From contig OZ024758.1 in assembly GCA_964016885.1 (NCBI GenBank), forward strand, positions 13,454,001 through 13,518,000: DNA of 64,000 bases, read 5' to 3'. How positions within the stretch are numbered: position 1 is the first letter of the stretch; every line of letters starts with the position of its first letter. Shown one piece after another: positions 28,992-44,034 of this stretch. Both the position numbers and the translations under genes were made by a program. Under the pieces are notes generated by a model. It was not told the origin of the DNA and did no database searches. It was given only the letters and a program-made list of their open reading frames with translations. Source of the DNA: Eledone cirrhosa. Taxonomy: Eukaryota.

Positions 28992-29789
28992 ATAACATTT
29001 GTAAATGTTTCTTTGTTATCTGGTTTCAGATTAAAATGGAATTTGGAACTTAATCTAATTCTTAATTAATTAGAAGTTTTTTTGTTTTCTTGTTACTTGT
29101 TTGGTTTTTTATCACCTAATATTCTCCTTAAGAAATTATATGGACTATATAACTTACAATACTAACTATATATATATATATATATGTTTGAATATAACAT
29201 ATTATTAACACACATATATATATGTTTGAATATAACTTACATTAATATTATATATATAATATATATGTTTGAATATAACTTACATTAACATTATATATAC
29301 ATAATGTATATGTTTGAATATAACTTACATTAACATTATATATATAATGTATGTTTGAATATAAGTTACAATTTTCTTTTTTTTAATGAAAATTCTCCCT
29401 CAAATTTCATGTTTTATAGGTAATATGTAATTTAATGATATACATATTGATGAAATAACATTTTGTAAATGAATTTTTATCAGCAAAATGCGAGTCATAT
29501 CTTATATTTGAATGTATGCAGTAAATACATTTACACATACACACATGTATGCAGTAAATACATTTACACATACACACATTGTTCTTTGAATAAACCACTA
29601 CTAAAATATATTTGTTGAGATTTTTGGGGGGTTTATTTATTAAGTTAATTTCTTTTAGAGTAAAATATTAAACATTTAAATGTCTGATGAGTGTTTTTCT
29701 TTTAGCTGCTATCATTACTAAGAAAAAATTGAATCAATCTGAATTAATAATTTAATAAGGTCTGAGTTTGTATTTCACTATTAAGTGTT

Positions 29790-30225
29790 TATGAGGCCTA
29801 ATGGTAAGAGTGTTGGTGTTATGATCATAATAACATGGTTTCGATTCCTGGACTGGGTTGTGTTGTGTTCTTGAACAAAACACTTCATTTCACATTGCCC
29901 CAGTATACTCAGCTGAAAATGAGTAGCAGCAAAAGCTGGGGGGTTTAACCCTGCAATGGACTGGCTTCCTATCCAGGGAAGTCTTGTATTCTCCGTCACT
30001 TCACGCCACAAAGCCGGGATAAGCACTGGCCTAACAAGCCTTAAACAGATTAAGACAGACTTAGCTTCTCAGGCAGCAAATTGGCAGAGCTGTTAGAACA
30101 TCAGAAAGAATGTTCTGCAGTATTGGTTCCGGCTTTCTGCTCTCTCAGCTCAAATCTAGCCGAGGTCAACTTTGTCTTTCACTCCTTTCGAGATCAATAA
30201 AAGAAATACCAGTTAAGTACTGGCG
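29790..30225 (+). mobile_element. SINE family 1 followed by a diverged SINE family 2
   Basis: A/B boxes, ttgaacaaaacactt core, then ttggcagagctgttagaac..gaggtcaactttg. Confidence 0.7.
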
Positions 30226-32309
30226 TCCATTCTTCCTCTCTACCACTCTTTCTCCTTCCCTGAAAGAAATCTGCTGTGTTCACACCTGGAGAGAGATGGG
30301 CTATACTATGTATAAAATGCCCCAGAACCACCATATATCACAACAGTGCCCCTACAACTCCATTAGGAATTACATATGAGCCAAAAAAGAAAAAAGAAAA
30401 GAAATGCAACATTCCACCTAGTAGGAAACAAATACCCTGATATATACAGTTATTGCAGCATTGAATTAAATTCTTCCTGTGGGTAGTTTGCAGAAGGATA
30501 TGTTCTACAAGGTTGCATTGCCCTTCATAAATTACATGTGTTTTTATAACAGAATACATAAAATACACACCCACATTATACAGATATATTTTTGATGTGC
30601 TTAATGTTGAAGGTAATAAGTGGTTGAAAGTCACTTCAAACTTAGGAAGGATGCCAGGTTTAGAGATGTCAGATATAAAACGATTTAACCCTTTTATTAT
30701 ATTTCTAATAAAAATAAAAATAAAAAAACACTGATTATGATTTTCAAATCAAGAATATTTAGGGATTTAGTAATATAAATATCTCACGATTCTTCTAATG
30801 TTTGGAACATAACTCAACAAAGGTTCTTATGTAAAATTATAATAGGTTTTGAAATACATATCTTAGTTTTGTAGAGGCTGAGGTAGTTTCTTATGGTTTG
30901 ATATTAAAATGTTAAACACAACATTGATTGCTGATCACTGTTAAACACAGCAGTGATTGCTGACCAGTTAAACATAGCTTGCACAGACTTGTGCCTCTGC
31001 AAACAACCTTGCCCGGACTTGTGCCTCAGAGGGCAACTTTCTAGGTGCAAATCCAATGGTCATTTGTGACAGAAGGGGGTCTTTACTCTTTACTCGATAA
31101 CTGTTAAACAGCAGTGATCAGTGTTAAACATAGGACTGACCACTGTTTGGCTGCTTACAATGAACTGCAACTTCCTATGATATTTATTTACTATGTAGAA
31201 CGACCGTTTTCTGAGAGTTTCATATTGTACCAACATCACAAGTTCCACCACACTTGGTTAGCAAATGAGGTCTGGGATCTCAACCAATCAATATTTTAAA
31301 ATATTCAAAGTCTGACCATGTCATCATTTTCCCTCTAGTTATATTGGATATCATAGTCTGAGATACAATATGTGCTTCCTTTATGATGATAAGGCCTGTA
31401 TGTTATTTGAAGGAGTTTGACTGCTACATTTAAGCAACTACAAAGAGGTTCCTAATATTCATACAAGGTTATGTTACAATATATGGTAGATTTCTCATGA
31501 GACAAGTTCTTAATTGGGTGTGTGTATGTATGTATATAAATAGACACATCTTAACTGTGTGTGTATGAGTATATATAGACACATAATATCAAATATACAT
31601 TTGTAAACAATATGAGATGGAAAAAGAAAATAATATATACATACATATAAATATATACACACACACAAAGAACCTACTGAAAGCGACTGAATCATGCATC
31701 TCTTTCTAAAGATGATATGGAAGAGAAATTATTCTAGGGATTCTATTTGTCATTTAACCAAAATCCAATCTTCCAATGAGCCTGAAGACAGTAAGAACCT
31801 CTTAGAACTCCCACTGTTGAGTAACTTTTGAGAAAAATATTTTGGAAGAGAAATTAAAGTCGAGATTAAAAATATGAGAAAATATAGATTAAGTTTTCTG
31901 AGGAATCACCATAATCAAATGGGTTACAAGACATTTTTTCTTTAATACCATAGTATTAAAAGATGAATAAATCTAAATAATGTTATCGAGACTTAGAATA
32001 AGCATTTTATAGCTGGTTCCCCTTATAAATGGCCAAACAGAGCCTAAATTTGAATAAGTGTCACATTTTCAACTAGTGTTAGACAATAAAAAAAAAAGAG
32101 CTGAACTTCAGTTTGTGAATGGTTGTGGACGGAATTAGAATTTTTAAACTACCTACCACTGTGTTTATGTTGAATATATTTTCGTATTTATGATATTTAA
32201 GTAAAAACCATTATTGGTCAACCATTTCATAAATTGTGTATCTTGCAAGAACTTACTTCTATACTTACCTCAATTTAAAAATAGTCTAGTTCTGTCTCGA
32301 GCCTGAACG

Positions 32310-32560
32310 CTCATCAGGTTTATCCTGGTTCCTGTGGTGTTAAGCAACTGAGAGTACAAGACTCCCCCCTAGACAGGATGCTAGTCCATTGCAGGATTAA
32401 ACCTCCCAGCTATTGATGGTACCCATTTTCAGCTGAGTATACTGGAACAACATGAAATAAAGTGTTTTGTTCAAGAACACAACACACAACCCAGTTCAGG
32501 AATCGAACCCAAGACATTATGATTGTAAGTCCAACACACTTACCACTAAGCCATATGGCA
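32310..32560 (-). mobile_element. SINE family 1
   Basis: Antisense match to 8440-8710. Confidence 0.75.
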
Positions 32561-33986
32561 CCATTTATTCAGCTTGAGAATAAACTCTAAGCATTTCTAA
32601 GAAAACTACTTTGAGGTACTAACATTCTATACCAGGTAAGATTTATTTCAGCATCTGATTCAATTAATGTTTTAGAATATTGATCTAAGTTTATGGATAG
32701 ATTAAATAACATAAAAATACTTATAAAATTTAATCCTAGTGATTGTTAGAGCAAGGAATATTAAGGTGTGAATATACCATTTTTTCCCCTTCCCTGTAAT
32801 GAAATATCTGCTAAAATTAGTACATGACAGGAGGACAGATTTACAAAAATATTTAGGAGAAAATTTCATGCAAAAGAAAAATATTTGTTAATAAAAATAA
32901 AATAAAATAAAAGATCAAGACAAAATTTCTCAAAAGACAGATTTTTGCTTTTTTTTTTTTTTTAAAATTCCATTTCAAATTCAGTTTTGAAGTTGATAGT
33001 AATTAATTAAATAATTAATTAAAAACAACAAAGTGGTCTGCTCAGGATTTCTTGTAACAAATTGAAATATTTGATCAGGTTTTCTTTTTTCTTTAGTTTT
33101 TTTTTTTTATATAATTTTATAAAAACAAAAAACAATTTAATTCTATTAAGACCAGAAGGTTGTAGGTAATATTTTTATATAAAATCATGCACTAGTATTT
33201 ATTATGCTACAACCTACTCAGTCCTTGCAATTTTAAACATAAGCAGGAATTAAATGTACAATTTTACAGAATAATAGTTCAATGCCATTTACCATAGTTG
33301 TAGAATTAATATTCCCCCTGCGCACCCCCACAAAAAAAAATAATTGAAAAAAATAAACAAAACAAATTGTTTGATTGTTTTTCAATCAACAAAATGTATT
33401 AAAAAAAAAACTAAACTGAAGTAGAATATATTCAATAAAATAATGTTTTATTTAAGCCTGTACAAAAAGTCAATGATGATATTGAAAAGCTAGTTATAAA
33501 AAAAAATCTACAAAAATAGTTCAGGAGTTTTAAATAAGGAAATAAGGCATATTTCACTCCATAACCTGCAATGGTATTTGTCATGATGCTTTTCAGTTCT
33601 TGAGCATTGATTTACTTAGATGGTTTATTATATTTTTTTTTTTTAAATCAATGAAATATTCTATTTAGAGCACTAACTTTCAATATTGTGTAATGTCAGT
33701 TTTGGTGGAGGAAGAAGTGTGCATGAACAAACTAGATTCTATTTCACACAATTAAATAGTCTAGAAGCATAGTTTTTTTTTAAGTTTTTTTTATTAAAAA
33801 TCACTTAACATGATTTGATTACTAATTAGACATATTTACATGCCTGCATATAATCATTAACACCAAACACTTTAAATATATAAAAAATATTTATGTAAAT
33901 TTTAAGTTGGTATTTTATTAAAGTCCTTTCAGTATGTTTGTATTCTCTAACCCATTTCACATTCACACGGCAATCTAATGTATTTT

Positions 33987-35370
33987 TTATGATTCATGTA
34001 TGTTGAATAACTTTGCTACTTCATGTAAATCTTCACTTTCTACTCCATCTTTTAGAACTTTCCTAGCAATAGGCATCTTATTGAAAACATTCCACAAAAG
34101 AATCCCAACAACTATTTTGTCCCGCAAATAAAAAATTACCCCTTTGCCAAAATTTTCACCAGCTTCAGGCACAGCTAGCTGAGTAGCTGGTATCATGGAC
34201 GGCTTAGCAGTTTCTTCAGTTTCTGATCGAAGACCTTCACCTGTTGCTTCCACAACAGCTTGTGGTGTATCTTTTTCGGTAGCTTTAGCAAAAACTCCAA
34301 CAGTTGATAAATTGGAATCTACAATACCGATTGCTTCATAGCCCACATTTGGTCCAAGATCTGACCAGAACATAGATTGATGCCAATAAGCTTTTCCAGC
34401 ACCAACCATATTTTGCCCAGCCAAACGTCCACTAACAACTGCATGATCATGATGTTCCACTCGACGCCGGCCAAGTTTAATATCATAAAAGCAAGCAGCA
34501 TCACCAGCAGCCCAAACATTAGATCTGGCTTCTAACTCAGAATTTACTCGGAAACCTCCAAATTTATCATCAACTTCAAGCCCAGAAGTTTTAGCTAACT
34601 CAGTATTGGGATCAAGACCAACAGCAACAACAACATGATCAACATCAAGTGATGTCCCATTGTCCAATTCTAGAGATACTTTATTATCCTTCATTACAGC
34701 GTTCTGGACTGTGACATTGGAGCGGACATCAACTCCTTCACTCTCAACCTTGGAAGTGGTCCATAAACTAAGATACTCTGGGAGAACTTTACCCATGTTT
34801 CCATTTTCAGGGAAAACTTGATAAACTTTTAGGTCAGTTAATGTTGACCTCTTCCCTAGGGCACAAGCTAACTCACTACCAAGAAACCCCCCACCAATAA
34901 TAGCTACAGATTTGGCTCCTTCTAAATGTTTATCCAAACTTTGGAAATCATTAATATTTCTAAATAATGTGGTCTTTTCAGATATCTCTGGACCAGCTTG
35001 TGTTAATATCGGTAAATTCTTGGGTTTTCCGCCTGTAGCTATCAAACATTTATCATATTTTATTACAGCGCCATTGTCAAGATATGCTTGGCGTTTGCTA
35101 GCATCAAGCTTCACCACTTTCCGTCCAGACAAAACAGAAACACCTCCATTTTCTTGATACAGTAATTTCTTAGGCTCTACATAAAATGCTTCAGGCTCAA
35201 AGAAAATACTTCTCTCTTTACCATTCCACTGCTTGAATTTCAAGTTCTTAACAGCTGACTTATCCTCACTGAACCAAAGTTCTTTAGAAAGGGGAGGTCG
35301 CATGTAAGGAATATAATTTTCATCTCCGACAACAAGCACCTGAGCCTTAGGGTCAGCAGACCTGATTGAC
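33987..35370 (-). CDS. AIFM1: Apoptosis-inducing factor 1, mitochondrial: exon 2 (FAD/NADH oxidoreductase and AIF_C domains)
   Basis: [77 protein letters not shown]. Acceptor ttgtag at 35371; the phase-2 join gives [19 protein letters not shown]. Confidence 0.97.
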
Positions 35371-36856
35371 CTACAATTAAAGTGGAATATATAATGTAGG
35401 CAGGTTTAGGTGTAGTTTTAAACAATTTAACTTGTTTACATCATAATTCTCATTCCATCCTAACTTTTTACTTAAATTCTAAAATATCCTTTTTTGCTCT
35501 TATTTCATTTTAAAATGTAATTAATCAAAATTATTATACAATACATCCAGGTTCATTAGTCACACAGGTATTCATACAGGTAAGACTGGCAGGATTTCTT
35601 TTTACTCCAAGGATCAAATAAATTAACCTAGATTAGATAATAGTTTAGACATTTTTACGATATAAACTCAAGCTAAGCTTATTGTAAATATTAAATATAT
35701 ATTAATAAATTAATTTTTTAAATGTTCATCACAAAATGAACATTGTAGATTTACACTCAAACATATTCATCTACTTTTTTTTTTTTTTTTTTTTTTAATT
35801 CAATTTTATAGAAAATTGTTATGTAAATATAACAAATACTGTTTTGTACATATATATAATTCTGCAATATTATAAATAAATACATGAAACCTCCAGCAGT
35901 TTTTTCCACATAGCATTAGAATTTTGAGAGAAAAAAAAAAAAGCAAAATTCATATAAAATATGACCAGTTGCAATCAAGCTTTGTTAATTAAGCATGCCA
36001 AGAAATTAGAATGTCTCTCAAAGAAAATTAATACTGATTTATTACAAAGGTAATGACATTTTTGATACATTATTGAAGATAAATAGAAAATTGTGACATT
36101 CAGGCTTGACCCCCTGTGCCACCCTGCCAAAGCTATTATTGTAGTGATCTGAGAGTATATAGTTTTAACTAAGTAAACCCATGTTACAGTTTCAATTCAG
36201 AAGCTTACTACTGATCATGCTTATAGCTATACCACAATACCAACCAACCAACCAAACTTATACACCAAGGTATTATTGTAGTGATCTGAGTAAATAGTTT
36301 TAACCAAGAAAACCTTGGTTACAGTTTCAATATACCACAATTCCAACCAACCAAATAAATACACTAAGCTTCAAATGAGAACTAGAGTGAAAACATATCC
36401 CTTAAATATGATAATTTAAAAAAATCATTGTTAATTAAGCATTTTAATTTGTAGCCAAGAAATGCATAGATATTTTAGGAAATGTGGTTATTTCAAGCTA
36501 TAAATTGCGTTGTAAATGTGGCATTAAATCTGTGCTGAATGGAGTTAGTATTGTGTAGTAGGACGTTTGGTGTTTGGGTAGGAAGGAATGGGTTATATGT
36601 ACACCGCAGAGGTTATGGTATAGAGATCCTGGTTGCCAGAGTTGTAACATAAACTAGGGAATGACAACAGCTGTGGCCTGATGAAGTCCGACACCTCTCT
36701 ACCAAAATGTTTAATTTTATTTCTAATTCTTAATTTTATTGGTAAAATATGAGTTGATGTAATAGATAAGATTATAGCAGCCATTGGCTTTCTATGTGGG
36801 TGATATATCTTTTGTAATTTGTTGTTTTGAAAGATATAAGGTGTGTCACTGGTAGT

Positions 36857-37071
36857 TTAACCCTTTAATGTTCAAACCGGCCAGAATTCTCTACCTCTTT
36901 CTGTTGAAACTGGCTGTAACTGGGTGCTCAAACTGATGTTAAGGTATTGTTCTCAAAATAAATAACATCAAAATCTCATAGATTCGATATTATGTGACAA
37001 AATTATGCAAGGTAAAGCCTTTACCATGAACATATAGTATATATAGAGTAATTTGAATGCTAAAGGGTTAA
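36857..37071 (-). mobile_element. piggyBac-type MITE (AIFM1 intron)
   Basis: TTAACCCTTTA..TAAAGGGTTAA, antisense body. Confidence 0.85.
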
Positions 37072-37134
37072 TGTTTAATTTTATTTGGGTGTTGGTTTGA
37101 GGAATATATAGAGACCCGTATATATATATATATA

Positions 37135-37258
37135 TGATGATTTCTCCTGAATGAAACAGTTCTAGTCCTGTAGAAGCCTTTTCTATATTAAATATTTATA
37201 CTCTGCTTTTAATTGAGTACCTTACTTACTGTGGTTACCCCCGATTGAACCTGGGATA
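37135..37258 (+). mobile_element. Hammerhead element family B, 5'-truncated within the core
   Basis: Begins TGATGA directly after (TA)n; near-identical to 21217-21337. Confidence 0.75.
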
Positions 37259-38059
37259 AACATATATTTATAGTCAGTAAGGTTCAAGTGTGTCAACACA
37301 AATAAAATCAATACACACACACAACCTTCCACTGTTACAAGCTTGGAAAACATTGGTTTTTACCTAATAAAACCCTGCATACTCTCTCATCACAGCATAC
37401 TAACATACCTAATTTGTTTATGAATATGTATATATAAGAGTGTTGGGCTAGAGAATGGTGTATATATATATATTCTGATGCTAGGTCTGCTGTATAAAAA
37501 AAAATCAATGCTGTTATCTCACTCAAGCCTGCATTACCTCAGCTGTGATGCTAAACATTCTCAAGGCTATTTGATTCAAACTAATTTTTCACCTCAGTTT
37601 GAATGACCTTGAGAATGATGAACCCACCAAATACTGAGTATGTATGTAGATAACTTGTTCCCTGCTTCTAAGTAGGTTGATATTATATTATTCAATATGT
37701 GAGACTATGTGTGACCCCCTTATGTGACATGAAGAAAACTATGAGGGTAATTGCTGGGGGTCCATTTGATCATGTGTTACTTTAATTAGGGCAAACTAAA
37801 CATAGGGCTAAAGAACTGCATTAACAACAGTGTATATATTTCATATGATTTATTGATTTATTGATATTTTATCTGAGTGACCCGAATCTTCCGGATCGTA
37901 ATTTTTCGGTCGTATGGTTGATTTTAGACATAATCTATGTGTTGGTATTTTAACGATAGTTATAGCTCTGATTTATCTGAATTATTGAGCCCTCTGCCAC
38001 TCATGTCGAATTTTGTTTATCGTGAACTCGTGCGCCGATTTTTCAATACTCGATTATTC

Positions 38060-38114
<55 letters not shown>

Positions 38115-38888
38115 TCTGTGTGTGTTCAATCATAGGGGACCAAAAACCCACCAGAGTGATGAACATATTAACTACAGAAGGAATGATGTATACAAATCAA
38201 TTAAAAGAATATATTAAAGTGTACTAACCATCCAATTATAACTATAGTTTTGACCCCCTATGATTGAACACATATCTCTATGTGTACTTCTCTCTCTATG
38301 TTGATTTATAAAGAGCCCGGAAGCTATTCCTTGAGCTCATTAAATTATAGGAGATGAATTTAACTCCATTTTTTAATTTGATATAGTAATATAGTTAAGT
38401 TTCTTATTATTTGGAACATGCAATATATTGACTTAATGTTGTCAATAATTTTAGTTACAATCAATAACATTGGAAATTAAATATTTATATAAAATCCATA
38501 TCATTTCAATGTCAATATTTATAAGTATTTAACAGTTGTTAAAGTAGTTCTGACTGAACACAGATTTTAATGTTGATAGAGAAGTCAATAAAAACACTTT
38601 AATCTACTCTAAACCAGTTTCTGACCTCAAGTACTAATCTACCTAGACCAGTTTCTAACTCCAATTATTAATTCATTAGATATCTTTAGTAAACATAATC
38701 AACTTTAGCAACAATTCACTTTACTAGTTAACTTTAAAGATATTAATTGCTGGCCAAGATAGTCCTGCTTTGATAAATCTATTAAAACAAACACACATAT
38801 ATATATATTTAAATATAAGCATTAAACTAATATATTTCTTCCATGTACTGTGTTGTCTGTTTTGTTATTACTTTTACATGTATAAATA

Positions 38889-38919
<31 letters not shown>

Positions 38920-40314
38920 GGAACCTGTTTATTTCAATGGTGGTGCCCCAGCATGACCTCAGCCAGATGGCTGTAACAAGTAAAAGAGTATATATATATT
39001 TGTATATGTATGTAAAAAGTAAACAGAAATAACAACACAATCGGTACAGTATATGGAAGGTATATGGAAGGTTAACGCTTGATATAGCAGGAAGAGGGTC
39101 TTAACGTTTCGGACATAAAGATATATGCACACCAATGACCCCATCAAGAGTTACTGGACCAAAGAAACCCCTAAAACCCCATCAGGAGTTATGGGACCCC
39201 TAAAACTCCATCAGGCATTATGGCACTCCTACAACTTCATTAGTTACACGACCATACCATAATTAAATATACTAACATTACACATTACACAATAGTTTCA
39301 CATATGACAGTTATTCTTTGTGACAACTTTTGTTATTTGATTGTCATTTAATGACAGTTTGTTTTGTTTTGTTTTAATTATTTCTCAACAGATGTTTCTA
39401 TGAATGAAATAAATCTATTTAGTTCAGCAACTGTGACCATAGCAACACTTGATGGGTGTTATCACACAATATGAACAAAAGCATATCTAGGGTATTGAGT
39501 TTTTAGGGTGGTACCTCAGTATGGCTACACTCCACTGGTTAGAACCAGTAAAATCATATAAGAGAGGTCACAAAAGTATGTCGAGAGTATTGAGTTTTCT
39601 GGAGTGGTACCCTGGCATCCAGTGTGGAACTTGTCAATTCGGACCAAGGAAGCAATGTTTCCATTGGCCTTACTCTTGTTGATACTATCTACTGGTCACA
39701 ACACCTGCTAGAAAGAGCAGCATGAAATATCTTGCTTAAGGACATAATGCATCACCTGGTCCAGGAATCAAACTCTCAACCTCACGATTGTGAATCCAAT
39801 TCTCTAACCACTAAGCCATGCACCTTCATTGTAATATAAGACAATGTAAATCAGTGTTATCAGCCATCTTAAATTACCAGTTAAGCCGCTATCCCTACAA
39901 CTATTTTATAATACAAGAGTAAAGTTACTTAGGCAATGTTTCAATAACATAGACACATAAGAGAAAATATTTCTGTTTTATCAAAACTATTCTTTTAGTT
40001 TATCTCATTTCTTTGTTATGAGATAAATTGGGATTCAAATTACTGTGAACTGACCCAAATATTTATTTTAAGATTTTAGATATAACATTAGGTTGCTCTA
40101 TTTAATAAATTTACTAATTTCGGTACAAGGAAGAAACTAGTCCTTAATATTCCGGTTACCCATTTGGCCAGATCTGCCCTAAATATGCAATGATTGGAAG
40201 AAGCAGTCGTTCAGGTATAATCTTTAACCTTTTTTATATACTAACCCACCATTTTAAAGGGTTCCTGTTTAAATTAAAACTTTCCTTTTGTTAAGTTACA
40301 TTGCAAATACCATC

Positions 40315-40531
40315 TTAACCCTTTAGCATTTAAACTGGCCATATCCGGCCAGAATTCTTTTACCCCCTGTCTGTTCAAACCAGCTGTAACTGGCCACTCA
40401 TACTGAGGTTAAGGTATTGTTCTCAAAATAGATAATATCAAAATCTCATAGATTCAATATTATGTGAGGTAAAACCTTCACTGTAAAAATATAATAGTAA
40501 ATATAGAGTAATGTAAATGTTAAAGGGTTAA
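40315..40531 (-). mobile_element. piggyBac-type MITE (AIFM1 intron)
   Basis: TTAACCCTTTAGCATT..TAAAGGGTTAA. Confidence 0.85.
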
Positions 40532-41744
40532 TGAAACAATTTGAATAAATCCCTCCCAATTCTTCATCAATTAATTCAAACACTCATCATCATAAATCCC
40601 TAAATAGGGGTTGGTCCTGTCTGACAGCACTCTTTTGCGTCCCTCTCCATGTGTTTTTGTGCACCAGTCTTACTGTATGTTAATGAAAGGGTTAAACCTA
40701 ACAGTCTTGATATCATAAACTATATATAGGCTAAGAGAGTACTAATTTCTAGTTGGTATCTGACGTAAAGTAGTTTAAGACACCACACTATGTAATAACC
40801 TGTTATGACCTTTAGTAGTTGAACTCCTTTGTATTTTTAAAGTACCAGAATGTACTATAGAGCAGCAGTTAAATATTAAATAAACATTTATGAACAGGAA
40901 GAAAAAGTAGAAAAAAAAACAAAAAAACAACTAAACTACAGAATAATAGGTAAAAATGTTGGTAAATTTTTTTCTTAAATATTTATCAAAATCTTGATAA
41001 TTTTCCATTTGACAGTGAAAAAATATTCCATACCATTAATGATGTGTTAGAAACATTCACTTATATATTATAATCATCATCATTGTCATTATCGTTTTTA
41101 CATCAGCTTTCCCATGTTATGGGTTTGAAATTGGAATCTAAAGACAGGCAACATAAAATATTGAACTTTCCCAAATGCGAGGTTTTTTTAAGGTTTTTTT
41201 TTTTCACCCCCTACATATATTAATTACTTTACTACATTTACCAACCATTTTATTTCTATGTCTTCAATGTTATATATCTTAGTCTATTTCTTCAAATATA
41301 TTTTTGGTGGGGGTGAAGTGGGGGGTGATATTTATTATTTCATTAAGGTTTCTAGTTCCTCAAGAATTAATGCCACAAATATGACAGACAATTGCTACAA
41401 CACAGATTGTGGTGACACTGCTTATGTCCAACAGCATTTCTACTCCATCGTTATAAAATATGATTCAAAATTACTTATAAATTGGAAGAGTATTTCAAAG
41501 GTAAGTTTTATAGATATAAAATACATACAGAATATATTAAAATATCAAAAGTATTGAAAATTGTTAAAATATTCAAAAAAGAAATGGACCTAGTTATATA
41601 AGAAGCCCATAAGTTAAATATTCTTTCTAATATAGGACCCAATTAAAATATTCTTTCTGATATAGGACCCAGTTAAAATATTCAAAAAGGAAATGGACCC
41701 AGTTTTATAAGGTGTCCACAAGTTAAATATTCTTTCTAATATAA

Positions 41745-42560
41745 GCACAAGTCCAGCGATTTCAAGGAAAAGGGGAAGGTCAATTATATGGACCTCAGTA
41801 CATAACAGGTATTTTATTTTATCGACCCTGGAAGAATGGAAGGTAAAGTTGACCTTGGTGGGATTTAAACCCAGAATGTAAAAGACCCAGGAAGAATTGT
41901 ACCCGGCACTCTACCGATTTTGTCAATCCACCTCCTTCAACTTAAAATAATTCCTCACATTGCTACAATGTTATGGTAACCTTGGGAGAAGGTAGAGATG
42001 GGTGATTTACTCGACGACTTCTTCGGTAACTGACAGTCTCTGTAGAACCCAGAGAGAGAGATGGTGGAGGAAGGGTTGAAGATGAAGTCGTCTCGAGTAG
42101 AATGTCAGTATGTATGTGTAACGTAAAAAAAAAAAAAAAAGACTAAGACTTTGTATAGAATTATAAAAATATAGAATCTTAAAACTTAGAATCCAATGAA
42201 CTTCGACAAATATTTGAGAGAAATAATCTTAGTTTCCTCCTAATTCTGATCTCGAGTAATAATTGTTTCTACTTTTGGCACAAGGCCAGCAATTTGGAGG
42301 GGAGGAGAGGGGAAAGTCGATTAAATCGACCCCAGTGCGTTACTGGTACTTTATTTTATCGACCCCTGAAAGGTTAAAAGGCAAAGTCGACCTCATCAAT
42401 AATAATAATAATTTATAATCTAGACACAAGACCAGCAATTTGTGGCGGGGTGGGGGTAAAATCGATAATATCGATTCAAATACATGACAGGTTCTTTCAT
42501 TTTAACGACCTCGGATGGATGAAAAACAAAGTTAACCTCGACGGGATTTGAACTCAGAAC
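41745..42560 (-). mobile_element. Cluster of diverged SINE family 2 copies
   Basis: Antisense ggtactttattttatcgacccc..aaggcaaagtcgacctc motifs at about 41800, 42345 and 42500. Confidence 0.65.
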
Positions 42561-42903
42561 AACTGGGAGAATTGTTGATTTATTTGAGATCAAGTACCAG
42601 TTATGTACGTGGTGGCAGTGATAGTAAACTCCCAGCGAGCAAATGCTTCGACAATAACTTTGCATATATATATATATATATATGGGTTCTGGTGAAGAAT
42701 GGATCGATAATATTGTACTTAATCGATACATGATTTTTCAGCAGTATTCAGTGATCAACTAACCCACCCGATGATTCTTTAATGGCAAAGAAATATTTTG
42801 AATATTGTCAGTTTTAACACACAACATATATATACAAATGGTATATATATATATATATATATACATATATATACACACAACATATATATACAAATGGTAT
42901 ATG

Positions 42904-42945
<42 letters not shown>

Positions 42946-43043
42946 ACATATATATACAAATGGTATATACACACAACATATATATACAAATGGTATATGC
43001 ATGTATATATATATACACACAACATATATATATATATACAAAT

Positions 43044-43082
<39 letters not shown>

Positions 43083-43152
43083 CACACATACATATATAAG
43101 AGCCGTATGATCGTTATATTATACATTGATCTATATATATATATGTATATAC

Positions 43153-43249
43153 ACAGGGTGTCCCAAAAAATGTATACACACTTGGATTGCCAGTACAGGC
43201 AATATTAGAATGCTGTTGAAGTGTGTATACATTTTTTAGGACACCCTGT
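43153..43249. mobile_element. About 100-bp Tc1/mariner MITE
   Basis: TIRs acagggtgtccc / ggacaccctgt. Further copies at 46346-46447, 47689-47789 and 63720-63822. Confidence 0.8.
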
Positions 43250-43529
43250 GTGTATATATGTATATATAAATATAAAGAGCCGCATGATCGTTATATCATA
43301 TATCGATCTCTATATATGTATGTATATATATATATATATATGAATGTGTGTGTGTAATGTACTTTTGTAGATATCTGAGTAACAGGCATCGATTATTGAT
43401 CACAATCTCAACATTTAGCCCAATCAATCATGGGTTTAAAGAAAAAAAAATTATGTGTAGTTCTAAGAAAACGATCTAACCATATATATATATATATATA
43501 TATAAATGAAAGGTATAGAAAACACTGCA

Positions 43530-43567
<38 letters not shown>

Positions 43568-43960
43568 CTGCTTGTCACAGTTTACGAGTGTTTCGCATTA
43601 AACAACGTTAACTATCGAACGAAATCGAAGAGACACAATCGAAACATTTAAACTTACACAAAACAATGTTCTATGAATTTATATATGAAAATCGAAAAAA
43701 GAACATTTATAAATCGTTGAATTTCCACGAGTCCCGCTAGTAGATATATAATAATAATTATTATTGTAAAATTGGGTTAATAAACTATTTCGTTGAAAAA
43801 AAAAACACAAACGTATTCTTCACGGTTCCCCGAAGTTAGGAGAGATTAATGTCTTCTAAATCTAGAGAAGGATATACCTTGTGTGTGTTTGGAGCTTAAT
43901 GAGTGTGTGCGTGTATTAGTAAATAAAAATTCTAAGAAAATTGAATTCAAACTAAAGTGT

Positions 43961-43993
<33 letters not shown>

Positions 43994-44034
43994 AGACCAC
44001 AACAATGTATAAGCGAAGTTAGGCAAAACCATAC

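Noticed and set aside
30280-30634. Hydrophobic minus-strand ORF resembling a transporter fragment
   Set aside because: No recognisable family motif or splice structure, and it is interrupted by a stop.
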